Positions 25,110 through 37,932 of a stretch of DNA of 64,000 bases are shown one piece after another. A model generated the notes under the pieces. It was not told the origin of the DNA. It worked only from the letters and a program-made list of their open reading frames with translations, and searched no databases. Each line of letters starts with the position of its first letter. Position 1 is the first letter of the stretch. Source of the stretch: Podarcis bocagei (lineage: Eukaryota); assembly GCA_964188305.1 (NCBI GenBank), contig OZ076893.1; one strand, written 5' to 3'. The translations under genes were made by a program, and so were the position numbers.

Positions 25110-25121
25110 CATTTATTGGCA
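25110..25121 (-). CDS. PTPRM: PTPRM 12-nt microexon: (V)PIN
   Basis: Minus strand: long pyrimidine tract, then ctcctgataag|TGCCAATAAATG|gtaagt. Phase 1-1; completes the recalled DPFVPTAILVPIND insert. Confidence 0.88.
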
Positions 25122-25650
25122 CTTATCAGGAGAAAAAGAGGAGGAGGAGAAGAAAAAGGAAACAGGCCATAAGCAACAGTACTGCAGTAATAATTACAGG
25201 TATTTTAATGTTTGTAATTAAGTGTCTTCAGCTTGGTTTCCTAGCAAAGCAACTAAATATAAAGGGTAGTGTAGAATAGCCAATATAATTATCTCTCCCC
25301 CCACCCCACTTTACTAGGTTGGGGTGCCACTTTTAAGTTCCTATGTAACAAAAAGAAGAGGGTGGGGGAAACCTAAAACTGAAAACCATGTCTCATCATA
25401 GCTCCCCCCCCAAGCAACAATTTTCAAAATATGTTTGTATCTGCCACAAAGCTGTTATTTAAACAAGCCTATCATCTTACTAAGCTAGAGAGTTTCTCAC
25501 AAAAAAGCAGGCATATTTCAACTGGCATGTCCCTATTCAAGTATTAAAATGACAGCCCATTACATCATGTGGCTCCAATGGGGCTAATTGACACCACAGT
25601 TTTTATAGGGCAAATCTCAATATATTGCCTATAAATGTTGTGTGTGCTTA

Positions 25651-25735
25651 GGCTGCAATGCTGTATCTACTTAACTGGGAGTAAGGCCCACTGAACTCTA
25701 TGGGACTTACTTCTAAGTAAGACATAAACAGATTA
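25651..25735. repeat. Short (~85 bp) interspersed repeat; related copies near 1077-1105, 31715-31800 and 33605-33665
   Basis: Recurring GCTGCAAT(C/G)CT..AC.TAC..GGAGTAAG.CCCA.TGAACTC.ATGGGACTTACTTCT motif. Confidence 0.6.
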
Positions 25736-26214
25736 GCTCTGTAAGTGTCCTTATAAATACACCTTCATGTGACATCCTACTGCTGGAATTTAACAGTATC
25801 TTTCTGTGGTTCACCATAAGATGACAGGGATTTCCCTGCTTGTGGTTAAACATGTACTCATCCTAATCTTCATTTTTAAATATTTGTACAGATTATAAGG
25901 CTGCAGTGCCAGAATTACATCACTATAATCTTAACATTATATGCATGGTTTGAGATATGGCCTATGAAACAATGATATTGGATTCTACCCTAAGCATTAA
26001 TTTACTCATATAGCAAGTTTCTGACCAGACTGCAAAAGCCTCTCTCCAGTTATATTGATGACAAGAACAGAACCAAGCTGGCCCACAGGCTCTGATCTCC
26101 AGTTAACTCACTCAATTAATCTTGCCTAGCAGTTGAGGAGCAAGAGGGGATTAGCTTAGTGAGAATAGCTATTGATGTTATCAGCATCTTTGGCTCTTCT
26201 AGTGTGAATGGACA

Positions 26215-26620
26215 TATGCTAGTGTTCAAGCTTCTTGTCTTCATACACAAAACCCTGAACAACATGGGTCCAGGATACCTTAAGGACTGCCTGCCCCTAT
26301 AAATCCCAGCTTGATCAGGGAGATCTTCTGGAGGAGCCCTGCTAGTTGTTGCCTACGTTTAAGAAGTTGGGCATGTAGAGTTGCCGTCTCATGCTGCAGA
26401 ACGCTCTTCCAGCAGAGATCCGACAGGCACCCTCACTTTTTACTTTCAGGCATCTCTTCAAGGCTTTATGCCAAGAGGCCTATGTAGCCACTTACAATTT
26501 TTTTGGCTCAACAGTAATCTTAATGATACATTTATTCTGTTTTTATATTTTACTGTATACATATTGTGGAAAACCGCTATCCTATGAGAGGGTGGTCTAT
26601 AAATACTTTTATAAATAGAT
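26215..26620 (+). mobile_element. L2-clade LINE 3' fragment
   Basis: FKLLVFIHKTLNNMGPGYLKDCL and NALPAEIRQAPSLFTFR-like translations; L2-type 3' end. Confidence 0.75.
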
Positions 26621-29202
26621 AAGCACCTTCAGCTTTTCCTTCTCGTTCAGAATTCGCAACTGTCACAGCTTGATGGCTTTTCATGGTGCGAATATAACAA
26701 TGTAGCTAGTTTTTAGTGTCATTATTTAGACAGAACACTCTGCAATGATGGTAGACTATCAATCTTGATAAAAAGCTTTGTGGGGGATGTGATATGTACC
26801 TACAGCTCTGCGCATGGGTAGATATTTCTTCCCCTTCCTTCTCTGAGGGCTTCCAGGTGCATGCTTGCTGCAGCATGTGTACAAAAGTGGATTGGGGTGG
26901 TGTTGCAGAGGGAAAAAGCAATGGGCAAAGGAAACATTAAGCATCTTTTCCAATCCAATGCTCAGCTGCTGAAAACCACTCTCCTTTCCTACTGTTTTAT
27001 ACTGTTTGACACTGCCCTTGTTTCACTGTAGATCTTCTAGTTTTTGCCTATGATAGGAAATGCTCACACTTACTGCCTTGTCACACTCTTCCCTTGTGTA
27101 AAAGAGCCCCTCAGTGTGCAAACAGTGTGCAGACCCCATGTAGGAGTTACATTAAAAATAATAATGTTAATTTTACTAGGGGAAACAGCATATACAAGGA
27201 TTAGTTGGGATGGTATGATTATCATTGTTCTTGTTTTATATGTGGCAACAGATAGCTTCACTAATCATATTCTGTAGATATTGACTTGGAGCCTAACTTT
27301 CCTTCCATGAACAGAAAAGAGTTCATGTTCATCGAAAATCTCATTCAGACATACTACAGCACCTCATGAAAGCTGTAGTTCCCAAACTTCTCAATCAGCT
27401 CCAGCCCTTTATAACACAGTGGGCTTTGTACCTGAAGCAGATAAGACTCTAACACCTCATAATCCATATAAAGGAAGCAACACAAAAATTACTGAATTGA
27501 AATTACTTTGGCCCAGTTATTTGAATCTTATAGTGAGGCACATAAAAGTAGTCTAATCTTACTCTGAAAACTTAGCAAAGGTCTCAAAGCCTAACAGAAA
27601 ATAATATATGCAACAATTTATTTACATGAACGTAACCATTTTCCCCTTACTCTGGGCCTGCCTTAATATTTTTATACCAATACAGAAAAGCATTGTTCCT
27701 CTTAGCTAACCATTATCAAAACTGTAATGCAAAGCACCTTGGAATGCATGGCATGAAAGGTGATATATACAAGTGTTGTTACAGTATGTTGTTGTTGAAA
27801 TGGCACCTGATTACTACAAGGTGGCTAAGACACAAAACGACAAAGTAAGTAAATAAATAAAAAGAAAGAGTTGGAAGTTGATTTATGATATTTTAAAATA
27901 AATTTATGCAGAAAAGTCATGGTTTTTTTGTAACTTTAGCTTTTATTATTATTGTTAGATAAAGGTCAGGATCAAGTCCTTTGATGCAAAACCAGGTTAA
28001 GTGCAACTTTGCAGACATGCTACGTGTTCATATGTTTTTGTGTCAAATGGAACCAGAGTATAGTGAAGTTATTTCTGCTAGCTGCCTATCCATATTTTTA
28101 GCATTAGTATTATTATTTTCATAAGTAAATAATTTTACAAGGGTCTTTGAAATGATGACTTTTTTTATCCAGTCTGCTTTTACTAAGTGTACTAGACTTT
28201 CAGGTTATTGTTTTTCGTTAGAAACAGGATTTGCTGTGGTACACCTTAAAACTGGGTTGCCAAAATATGTAACATAGCTGAAGGCTTTCTGGTCTAAAAA
28301 TGTTTTGTAACATTTCAACAAGTAATCGTGGTTTATGAATTGCTCCCCAAGCCCTTAAATACTGAGAGTTTCAGAATAGTTATACATAGGAGATATTATA
28401 AGCCCTAGTTATTGTTTTCCATTTCCAAGGCATAACATTTTTTAATGGGTAGTTATTCTAATGTTATTTTACATTTCATTTCCATTTGAATTACATCTCG
28501 TGTTATATCTCGTGTTACATTAACTGTAAGGAAATGTGGCTTCTCTGATCTGGTCTGTGTCAAATATATTTGCCAAAACTCACTGCTGTATAAAAATACA
28601 TGGAACATGATGCAACCAAGTCCTTTAGAATTAACTGGACTTATCAGTGATTTACTTTGGTTAGACTATGCCCGCTGTAGGATCACAAAGAGCTTTTTAA
28701 TATGAAAAGTTACTCCGCATGTCATAATTTAATGAACATGAAAAATCCAGCTCCCTCGTAGGTCATGAATAAACATTTTGATTTGTTCAGATGGACCCAA
28801 CTTGGCTGTCACTTTCTGTTTCAGACAAAAATATATGTAGTGTGGAAGGACTGCTACTACAGGCAGAAGTGTAAATGTATCCAGGAAGTGGAGAAAAGAT
28901 AAAACAGAATTTGTAATGCTAGTTCAGATTTTCAGACAGTAAATCAGGGAGAAAGGGCACAATCCTAATCCTACATACACCACAATGAATAATTTGGGAT
29001 GTGGCGAACCTTCAGCTCATCGAGCAGGTTCCTGGCTCAGTTGAGCTCAGCTGCCTTAAGCATCTAACCAGAGTTATGCTCTGCAGGAGATACACTGGTG
29101 TAACTCCCTCAGACTGATAGAACTTTCACTGGCATAAGCCTTGAAAAATGGGTATTCTGAGGGAATGGGGCGAGTGGAAGGGATGGGATGAGACTCACGT
29201 TG

Positions 29203-29362
29203 GATCCTAACTCTGTTCAGCTCCATCATGTAACCTGACAACCTGGTGGGACTTACACTGGCAAAGAGGGTGGTGTAAGTCAAACTATCTTGGAGGCTTA
29301 TTTCCCCTCTGCCAGGTTTAGGCCAGCTCAGCCAGCAATAACTCCTGAATGGAGTTAGGATC
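29203..29362. mobile_element. Small MITE-like element
   Basis: Inverted ends GATCCTAACTCTGTTCAG / CTGAATGGAGTTAGGATC (16 of 18 complementary). Confidence 0.55.
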
Positions 29363-32300
29363 TGTGTATTTTACTTGGGTTTTACTTAAGTCAGCATAAA
29401 TTATGCTGGCTTCCCATTCTTAGGCTTGCTCCTTAAGTGATATTTACTCTTTGATCAGGAGTGGAGAACAGTGTGGGGGTTGTGGTTCCTAAATGTTTGG
29501 CAAGCAGTGCTCTGCTGATATACAGAACTCTATTCACTTTGCAGTATAAAAGCTATAATTAAGCAAGCTATTTCTGCACATGCATGTGGAGCTTTTCTGT
29601 TTCTTGCTAATGTAACTGGAAGGAATTCACAGGGCTCTGTCTGAGAGTTGCTTCACACAAATCTTTCAATGAAAGAGAGCTGCTGGACACATCCAACTTG
29701 TTCTTAAATCCATTTCCTTTCGTTTGTGACAAGCTGGTTGTACGCATACATCACCATGAACTCAATTTGGTTTTCAAGATAACACTGCTAAACTATAGCT
29801 ACAGTGGCTTCCAAATTCACCACAATGTGGCAAATTCACAGAATGAACTGTAACGTCCTAATGTTGGAGGAATTTCAGTAGGCTTCACACACCTTGTGTC
29901 AAATTGGCTATGTGGATGGGCAATGGGTTTGTTGTAATCCACAGTCCTGCATGCACATAAAGTTCACATTAGGGCTGTTCAGTCATGATGCTAAACCATG
30001 TCAACTTTTCCCTTTTCTTGCAAGGAATCCTATTCAGAATAAGGGAATTTCCCTTTTAAAAAGGGAAACATTGACAGCTATGTGCTAAACCATGTTTCTG
30101 CTAACAATTATTGTTTATTATATGCATTATTATATGTGTAAGATTATACACATAAACACTATACACAAAAATAGATGCTCCACCAATGAGAGAACAAACT
30201 CATGGAGCAAGTTCTGAAAGCTGCTGCTACAGTAGCAGTCAGCAGAGGACTGAAGGGGAAGGTGTATGCTTCTCTTAACTGTAGCACCTCTTCTTTGGTT
30301 AAAGAGCACTAAAAGGTTCTATGCAAATCCATTCATCCAATTGTGGGATGCAAACCATATGTGGCCTGTTTGGAGAAAACAACAAACTGCTTTGTTGAGA
30401 AGATAAGCAAGGATTCAAAGTTGCTAATTGAGCAGAGGGGAGAAGGCTACGTGAACCCCAAACTTGTGCCTCCGCATTCTCGTAACACCAAACCATGGTT
30501 AGGTCTGAAAATACCCAGTATGAGCCCCATGTGCATGAGAGCCATGGATTACAATCAAAGCCCATATCAAAGAGCTGCTTCAGATGTTGTTTTTAAATCA
30601 TAGTCATTATTTTAAGACATTAAAGTGTGTGTTAGACAGCAAATTGACATACCGTAAGTGTTAAAAAATGGCAAGGGTATGGGTCACTGGCAACAAAAAG
30701 AACTTTTTTGGTATACAATGTACCAATTAAAAATGAAACAATTTTTCTACAGGGAAGTTCATAAATAGCGATTTTTAAGGTTACTAGAAAATTTCACGGT
30801 TTCTGATTCAATGAGGAAAAATGCCTCTAAATTTGCATCTTTGTTAAAAAGAAAAACAACCCTTAATTGCTAAGGTTATATTCTTAATTGTTTTTCTCAT
30901 ATTAAGCAAATAAAATTTCAAAACTTTACTGTACAGGAATGTACTTAAATATATCAAACAGTAAAGCATATTAGAAATCTACAAAATTTAATAGCAATGA
31001 TTTCCTTTTTGTCCACTGAGACTGTCATATGTCAGAGCTAAGAGATGTGCAATGCTCTCAGGCTGTTAAAAATCACTGCAAATTTCATTTGCACGGATGT
31101 TATTACATTATTATGGTGGCTGCAGTGTCATTTCCTCTGATTTATCAGATATTGTTTTCTTTGGATGTCAGATAAAATGAACTTTGCTAATTATATTTCT
31201 GTGGTAATTATTCTCTTGCATTATTTTTTCCCCTGAGGGATAGGGCACAAATTAACTCTTGAGAATTTAACACCACGGCCATAAAACAGGTAACTGGCCT
31301 AAAAGGGCTTTTTTCACTTTGTTTTTCTGAGAGCAACTCTCCTTTCTCCCATCACACCACAAATCACTTTTGAATCTTAGTATTTTCAAAAACAGCTTAT
31401 GATGCAACATGGCATGTTCCCCTTGAAAACTATTTTTTAAAGTCCGCTAGAATTATTTTAGGTGCACACATGTTCTAGTGATGATCTGAAGGTGCTTTCT
31501 GCATTGCAGACCATGTGCAGTTCAGTTCAAAAAATTCAGATTTGAGGAATTCACACCAGACTTCACATGGCAATGCTGCACACTAGTAAGAACTTAAGAG
31601 AGAAAGAAGGTGCATGGGCTTGGATGTAGAAAAAGTTAAAAAATCATTGCAAAGTCAGTGTGAAAACAAGAACTGAAATATTGGTATGAAACTCTTGCCA
31701 CAGCGCATTATAGCACAATCCTATACATGTCTACTCCAAAGCAAGCCCTACTGAGTTCAGCAGGACTTACTTGAAGGTAAGTGGGTACAGGATTGCAGCC
31801 TTATTAAATTTGCATTTTTGTTTGATGGTTTTTAAGAAAGCTGTGTGTAAATTGGGTTAGGTTAAGGTTAGTACAGTGGTAGTAGTTAAAAGCATAGCTC
31901 AGCTTTGTTGTTATATATTCCAGATACGATGATTTTTCATCTATATTTGTTATCTCAGCATGGTAAATCCATTTCCCTTCACTTTTTAATGGTTGTTTTT
32001 AGCTTCCTGACAGAAAGGTCTAAGTGCCTTTCCTTCTATAGTGCTGGTATCTTATTTTATGCCTTGTAGGATGTGGCACTTCATAAACATTATTTTAATG
32101 TTCTGCCATTTTGATGGTCACAATAACATTTCAAGTCTTTCGGAGGCATGTTGAAAAGAAAATGAAAGTCCTGTCTGTGCTATAGGCAGCAGAGAGATGA
32201 CCATCTTTTTCTTAAACCATACTTTATTTTTCAGATGATACTAAAATAATGACAAACCTTTAATTGCCAGCCATGATATTTACACTCTTTGGTGATTTGC

Positions 32301-32526
32301 TAATTCATTGCTTAAAAACGCACTCCTCCCCATCCCCTTTAATTCCCCCCTCCCTTTTACTGAATTTTCTGATGACAATAAGAATCCAGTATGTTAGCTG
32401 GCACTTGAATTAAAAATGCAGAACAGCTTGCATATTCTTCAGCAGCATAAAACAATGTTTTGTAGCCTAGTTTGGAACTTTTTTTTTAAATCTTCAACAG
32501 ATGTTGATAAAGGGAAATGTTCTCAC

Positions 32527-32553
32527 CTAAAATTGCAGTTGGCACAAATGGAT
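32527..32553 (-). CDS. PTPRM: PTPRM 27-nt microexon: (D)PFVPTAIL
   Basis: Minus strand atgacag|ATCCATTTGTGCCAACTGCAATTTTAG|gtgaga. Phase 1-1 and frame-preserving; matches the recalled DPFVPTAIL insert of long PTPmu isoforms. Confidence 0.92.
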   Translation of the reverse strand: MHLCQLQF

Positions 32554-33045
32554 CTGTCATACATCATAAGCAGGTCAATGCAGAAAAGGCAAAAAGAGAA
32601 AGAGAAGTAAATGACCTATAAATGTTCCCAAATTTTCTGCTAGAAAGCCACAAATAAGCAAGTTGTTATAACATGCAAAGCTATTTAGCGCTTTTTTGCG
32701 TTTGTTTTGTTTTAATTAACAGCACAACCTCAAGAATAATTTCACTGTTAAGTCTGGGGCATGATCCATTCCTGAGTGGGTGGGTCTTTTGAGCAGGCTA
32801 AAATCAGTAACCAACCAGGTTCCTGAAGGAGAGTAATGGCTGGATGATGTAAGAGAGGCATGTCCCAGCTTTTTATTCTGTGTAGGGGTCAGAGGTGGCC
32901 TTGGGGTGTGGTTAGAAAAGAGGGATCTATTGAGCCCTCTGTTGATCCCTTTCAAGATGTGTGCAAGTGTGCTTGCATGGGGAAAGACCCTCTATTTCCT
33001 AGGAGATTATGATTATTGAAATAAAACAAGCACAGAAATGGTTAC

Positions 33046-33120
33046 CTGGGTAGTAAGAATTAGGAACTGTTGTACTCAGTGTGTTTGTTTTCATTGTAAA
33101 TGAAGATGGTGAGGATACAG
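33046..33120 (-). CDS. PTPRM: PTPRM exon (75 bp): (S)VSSPSSFTMKTNTLSTTVPNSYYP(D)
   Basis: Manual translation; acceptor ctctttccag|CT, donor CCAG|gtaacc. Continues the frame of the previous exon (T+CT=Ser). Symmetric phase 1-1. Confidence 0.95.
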
Positions 33121-33662
33121 CTGGAAAGAGAAGCACAGTATTCAGGAAAACAAAAGCATTAGTAAGCCACACCGCATTTACAAAATCACCCTTATATGAT
33201 GAACATAGCAGTAACTGATTAGGTCATTCAAATCTGGTAAAACTGATTTGGTGGAGAAAAATATCCATGAAAAATGGCACTAGACTCCATTAATTTCTTT
33301 TATGTTTTATTGGGGCCCTTTGTGCTGTTACCTTTAACATCATCATCTTTTCTCAATAAGACTGAAAATCTTAAGTTATTGAGCGGGGCGGGGAGCCTAA
33401 ACTACAGCCCCTTCTCACACCAGATTTGCTTGAATTTTCTGAAGAGCAAAGCTGTTGGGATATGAAGATGTACTATGTATTCCTTCCATTGGATTCCTGA
33501 GATGATCAGGAAATGTAGGCAGGAACCATACTATAGCAGCTTCAGAGCTTCTATAGGCAATTTTGGAAGATGCTTTAGGTTAAAAGCATTTCTAATTTAG
33601 GACGGAATTCTACATCCATTTACTTGGAAGTAAGCCTCATTCAACTCAATGCGACTTCTGAG

Positions 33663-34127
33663 TGGAGATGGGAGAAAAATTTAATTCAGTTCATATTTAA
33701 AGGTGCATCTACCTAATTTGTACTTTCTGAAGCAATATGTAAATTGAAACACAGCCATCCTTTGAAAGTGACACTTCTATGAATTTTGCAATGCAGTTTT
33801 CTAGTCAAGTAATGTGAATAAAAATGCATATAATGGAACAAAGTGTGCACAAAAATGTATATATTAGCAAATATTGCATATAAAAATGCATTTTATTTGG
33901 AAATATAACTATATAAGGAAAAGCTTTTCAAAACTGTGTATATTAGGCAAAATGGCATACAAGAAAATGTATATTAGGATACATTCACACCACAATACTG
34001 ATGTACGTTCTGAATTTTTTTTTTTTAAACCACAAACTAATGTGGAAATGTGGGGATGGGGACCTGCATTTAAGATTGGAAAACTGAGAAACTAACAGAA
34101 ACTGAAATCAACGGACTTGCCCATCCT
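33663..34127. mobile_element. Non-autonomous DNA-element-like repeat
   Basis: Short inverted termini GATGGG...CCCATC around an AT-rich interior. Confidence 0.5.
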
Positions 34128-34367
34128 GATATAAATTAGGGCTGCCAGAATTTCCTGGACATATCCGGGATTCATTCTTCGGAAATAGCATTTGGATGGA
34201 ATTTCTGACCAACAGCATTTTAATGCTGGACACAAGCCTAATGCTTTCATGGAAACATGAAGCTAGACCACAATAATGTATTCTTTATTGATGCTCCATG
34301 TTAATTCATGGAGCATCTTTCTTTCTTGTGGTAGAAAATGAATATTTGTCCATTTCCTGGATAGCCA

Positions 34368-34480
34368 TGTTGGGATTTTCCACCTTAAGTTGCAGACATG
34401 TGAGATTGTTACATGTCACATGACTGTTTACATTCCAGCAGAGTTTGCTGGGAACTTCCATTGTGTATAGCTTTTGCTTT

Positions 34481-34515
<35 letters not shown>

Positions 34516-34769
34516 AGACGGCAATGAGAGACAACTTTTTGTGTGTCCTGATTTATGCTTAATAAATCTGTAGCTTGTTAGTATGTTTCCACAAGCCTCA
34601 CGCCTCTTCTGTTTGCGCAGTTTGCTCTGCTGATATAGTGTGCTCAGGCTTTGAAGTCTGAGTCGCTGATTTATGTCAAGCTGGATGTCAAGGGATTGTC
34701 ACAGCTGGAAGGGCATGATCCAGCTGGGGACTAGCCAGCTGGCTTCTCGACCCCCGAAGGATGCCGACA
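34368..34769 (+). mobile_element. Possible solo LTR
   Basis: TGTTGG...CCGACA termini, AATAAA at 34561, internal (CT)n. No clean TSD found. Confidence 0.35.
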
Positions 34770-35708
34770 CATAGTGCCCTCCAGATGTTGTAGACTGCAG
34801 CTCTCACCATCTCTGATCATTGTTGAGGCTGATGGGAAATGTAGCCAAAAACAGCTGGAAAGTGCCATACCAGCTACCCTTGGTTTACGGCCTGTGCACT
34901 GTTCTGACAGCGGTCAGCATATACTTTGTATGCAGGAAATCCCATGTTCAATCTCTGGCATCTCCTGTTAAAAGGAAGTCAACTAGCAAGGTTGAGAAGA
35001 ACATCTGCTTGAGGCCTTGGAGGACTGCAATCTATCAGTGTAGACAATCCCAGGCTAGATGGACAAAAAGCCTGACCTGCTATAGGCAGTTTCCTATATT
35101 CACTGTTCTATCTTGAGGAGAAAAGTGGAACTATTTTATTGGGCAATAATGGCAATATATGAGATTTGAGCTTCTTCTTCTTTTTACTGTCTTTAAGAAT
35201 TACTCTAGGTATGAGTCCAAAACATTTATTAATTTCACTAATTCTCTTACCCCAGGAAGCCTGAAATATGTCAATTGTAACATTAATTGATGTTTATGAC
35301 TGACTAAATGGCTGCCCTCCAAACGCATTATGACATTTTTAGAAAGTGGCTAAACTGACATGGGGACATGCAGCTGGTATGAAAGCAATAAAGCCTTCAG
35401 CATTGTAAAAATAAAAAAGGAAATAGAATCCAACACCTGCTACATTGATGTGTGCTTTTTTTGTCAAAGACAAAAATGCAAACTTATCTTTATTTTATAA
35501 CAACTATTCTTTCTCACCAGAATGCTTGCTGTGATGTAATGAACAGTGAGACATTCTGGGGCCTATGGATTTTCTATGAGTCAATAATCTGCCCATGGAA
35601 CTGACTAACAAGTATATTAAGAACCATTTACACCTCCCTCCCTCCCTCCCTCCCCTGCCCGACAAAAATAAAAAGTGATTGCTGTATCCCAGTGCATTTT
35701 AAACTTAC

Positions 35709-35860
35709 ATCTCCCATTTAGATTGTGTGTGTCCATGAAAGAGAAAGCCTCATCACAGTTGGTGCCTTGTTCAGTGTAGCTTTTATCCATTGAGTTCACC
35801 ATCACTGTCATTTCCTGCCGTGTGCTGCTCAATGTCTCTTTCCGCTTTTTAGCCAATTTC
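35709..35860 (-). CDS. PTPRM: PTPRM exon, first cytoplasmic juxtamembrane exon (152 bp): (R)KLAKKRKETLSSTRQEMTVMVNSMDKSYTEQGTNCDEAFSFMDTHNLNGR(S)
   Basis: Lies in ORF 35617-35907; peptide matches the recalled PTPmu juxtamembrane sequence. Minus-strand acceptor ...ttccttaag|G and donor AGAT|gtaagt. Phase 2 in, phase 1 out. Confidence 0.96.
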
Positions 35861-36189
35861 CTTAAGGAATGAACATTAGGGAAGAAAGATGATGCCACAG
35901 TAAGCAAGCACAGAATTTATCTTTTTATACCAGCTGTCCATTTGGAAATACAACTTTTACTGACAAAAACCCCCACACATTTAAGTCAACGGTAAAAAAC
36001 ACAATCTTCAATTATGTTAAAACAAATACTTGCTAAAGAGAAAAGCAGTAAAACGTAAATATAACCAGATTCATCAAAACACTATAAAATAGTTGCACTT
36101 GTTGTATGGATGGGGTGGGGTGGGGTAAGTGAAATAGAGGTTTTTAGGCTTAATCCAATCCATCAGGGGCACAGAGCCTGAACAGAGAG

Positions 36190-36325
36190 CAGGGATTGGG
36201 AACCTGCACCCTTCAGACGCTGTTGGACTATGTCTCCCATCAACCCCAGCCAGCACAGCAAATGGTCAGGGAAGATTTCAGTTGTAGTCTAGCAACATAT
36301 GGGTGCCCACAACTTTTCCACAGCT
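36190..36325. mobile_element. Degenerate hAT-type MITE related to the 6502 element (similar relics near 34775-34880 and 55830-55895)
   Basis: CAGGG start plus degenerate versions of the CCAGATGTT..GGACTACAACTCCCATCA core and its reverse complement. Confidence 0.55.
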
Positions 36326-37875
36326 AACACAGTGGATTCCCCTGAAGGCTTCTGTCACCTCCACTCACAAATGCCTATACATGGGCACACATTGTTAGGC
36401 TTATTATCAATGACTTTTTATCACCGTCTTTTTAAGCCATTCAACATGGTAACTATCACTGGATCTTGTGAGTATGCACGGACCTTCTCTTCCCTGCAGT
36501 GGTCTCTGATGCTACCTGCATTTGCACCTGAGGAAGTGGGGCAGAGAGGGCTCTACTCAGCCTATGACAAGTGTGCATCTAGTTACCTCCCCTGCTCTAA
36601 AAGTCTACTGTAACTTATCCATGTCCTTACTGTACAATGTTATACATTGCCCTAGCCCTGCTCTACTCCAGTGGCTGCTGTAGGCAGAGAAAGGAAATAC
36701 AATGTTTTGTTTCATCATGAGACTGGCAAATTATAGAGGAGGGAGTGAGAGCTATATGTGTGTCTGCTATTACTGCCACCCTTCACACAAAATTTCCAGA
36801 GTTAGTGCAGGTTTATATTTTCTGTGAAATAATGAACATTCCAATCAGTTTATAGATAGTGACAGACAGAACTATTAAGCCGGTTAAACTATAAGTATTA
36901 TAGGGAAAATAGGATATTGGTGAGAGTGAGATCATGCAACAAGCTTATAATGTTCAATTTCATATGAAATTGAAAAAATATCACTGCACAGTGACATTAA
37001 ACTATATATCAACACTCTTATCAGGCAACATATTTAAACAAGAATTTGCAGCAGCATTTTGTTAAAACAAGATTTTTAAGCAATGGAATGGTCTGAACTT
37101 TGGTGATAAAATTGGTTAAAAGAAAAACACTACTTGCTTACTTCTACAAGGTAAGCAAAAAATATATATTCCCCCCCCCCCCTTGTTGTTCAGGATTCAT
37201 ATGAAACGGCTGAATAAAGTCATCATAGAATAAGGAGTTGGGTGTCACCTAGATCTGTCTGCTTTTGAAATTAAGGTGATACAGAACTCCTGATCTGGGG
37301 TATGTAAGCAATAACAGACTGGAAGAGGGTCAAAATATTGAAACTCAGTCCCGAATAAACAGAGATAGAGTTCAGCAGCTCTGGAGGGGAATTGTATGTA
37401 CCACAAGGAAATGGTACTCCCCCCTAAGTATGGCAGACAGTGACTGGAGAGATAGCAGTTTCTTTGGTGACTCCTCATCTTTGGAATGCCTTACTATCAT
37501 TTCGGGACCAGATAAAAACATTTTGTTTTCCCACATTTTTAAGTCCTAAGCAATCTTTAACTAAGAGCAGTATGATTTTTAGCACGCATTTAAATTGGCT
37601 GTTGTTATTTTATTGTTTTATCTATATTAGTATTACTACTTTCAGTTGCACTTCTTCATTTCTTACTACTCTTGTCAGTCACTCTGGCAACATAAATCTA
37701 TGTTGAGGTGCAATATATTAATTATCTTGGGAATCTCAGGTGAGATATCCACGCAGTGGAAGTTGTTCCCAGTACCAGTCACCACATGGAAGCAGCTTAA
37801 TAATTTACTGTTGCAAAAGATAAGGCTCAGTAAAACAGTTCTAGACATAGATATATACAGCTTATAGGCTTTGGC

Positions 37876-37877
<2 letters not shown>

Positions 37878-37931
<54 letters not shown>
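37878..37931. repeat. (TA)n(CA)n microsatellite
   Basis: Direct reading. Confidence 0.95.

Positions 37932-37932
<1 letters not shown>

Noticed and set aside
37134-37160. Minus-strand ..ttgtag-AA-gtaagc (possible 2-nt exon or recursive splice site)
   Set aside because: Would shift the frame, and is explained as a short inverted repeat (TTGCTTAC...GTAAGCAA).
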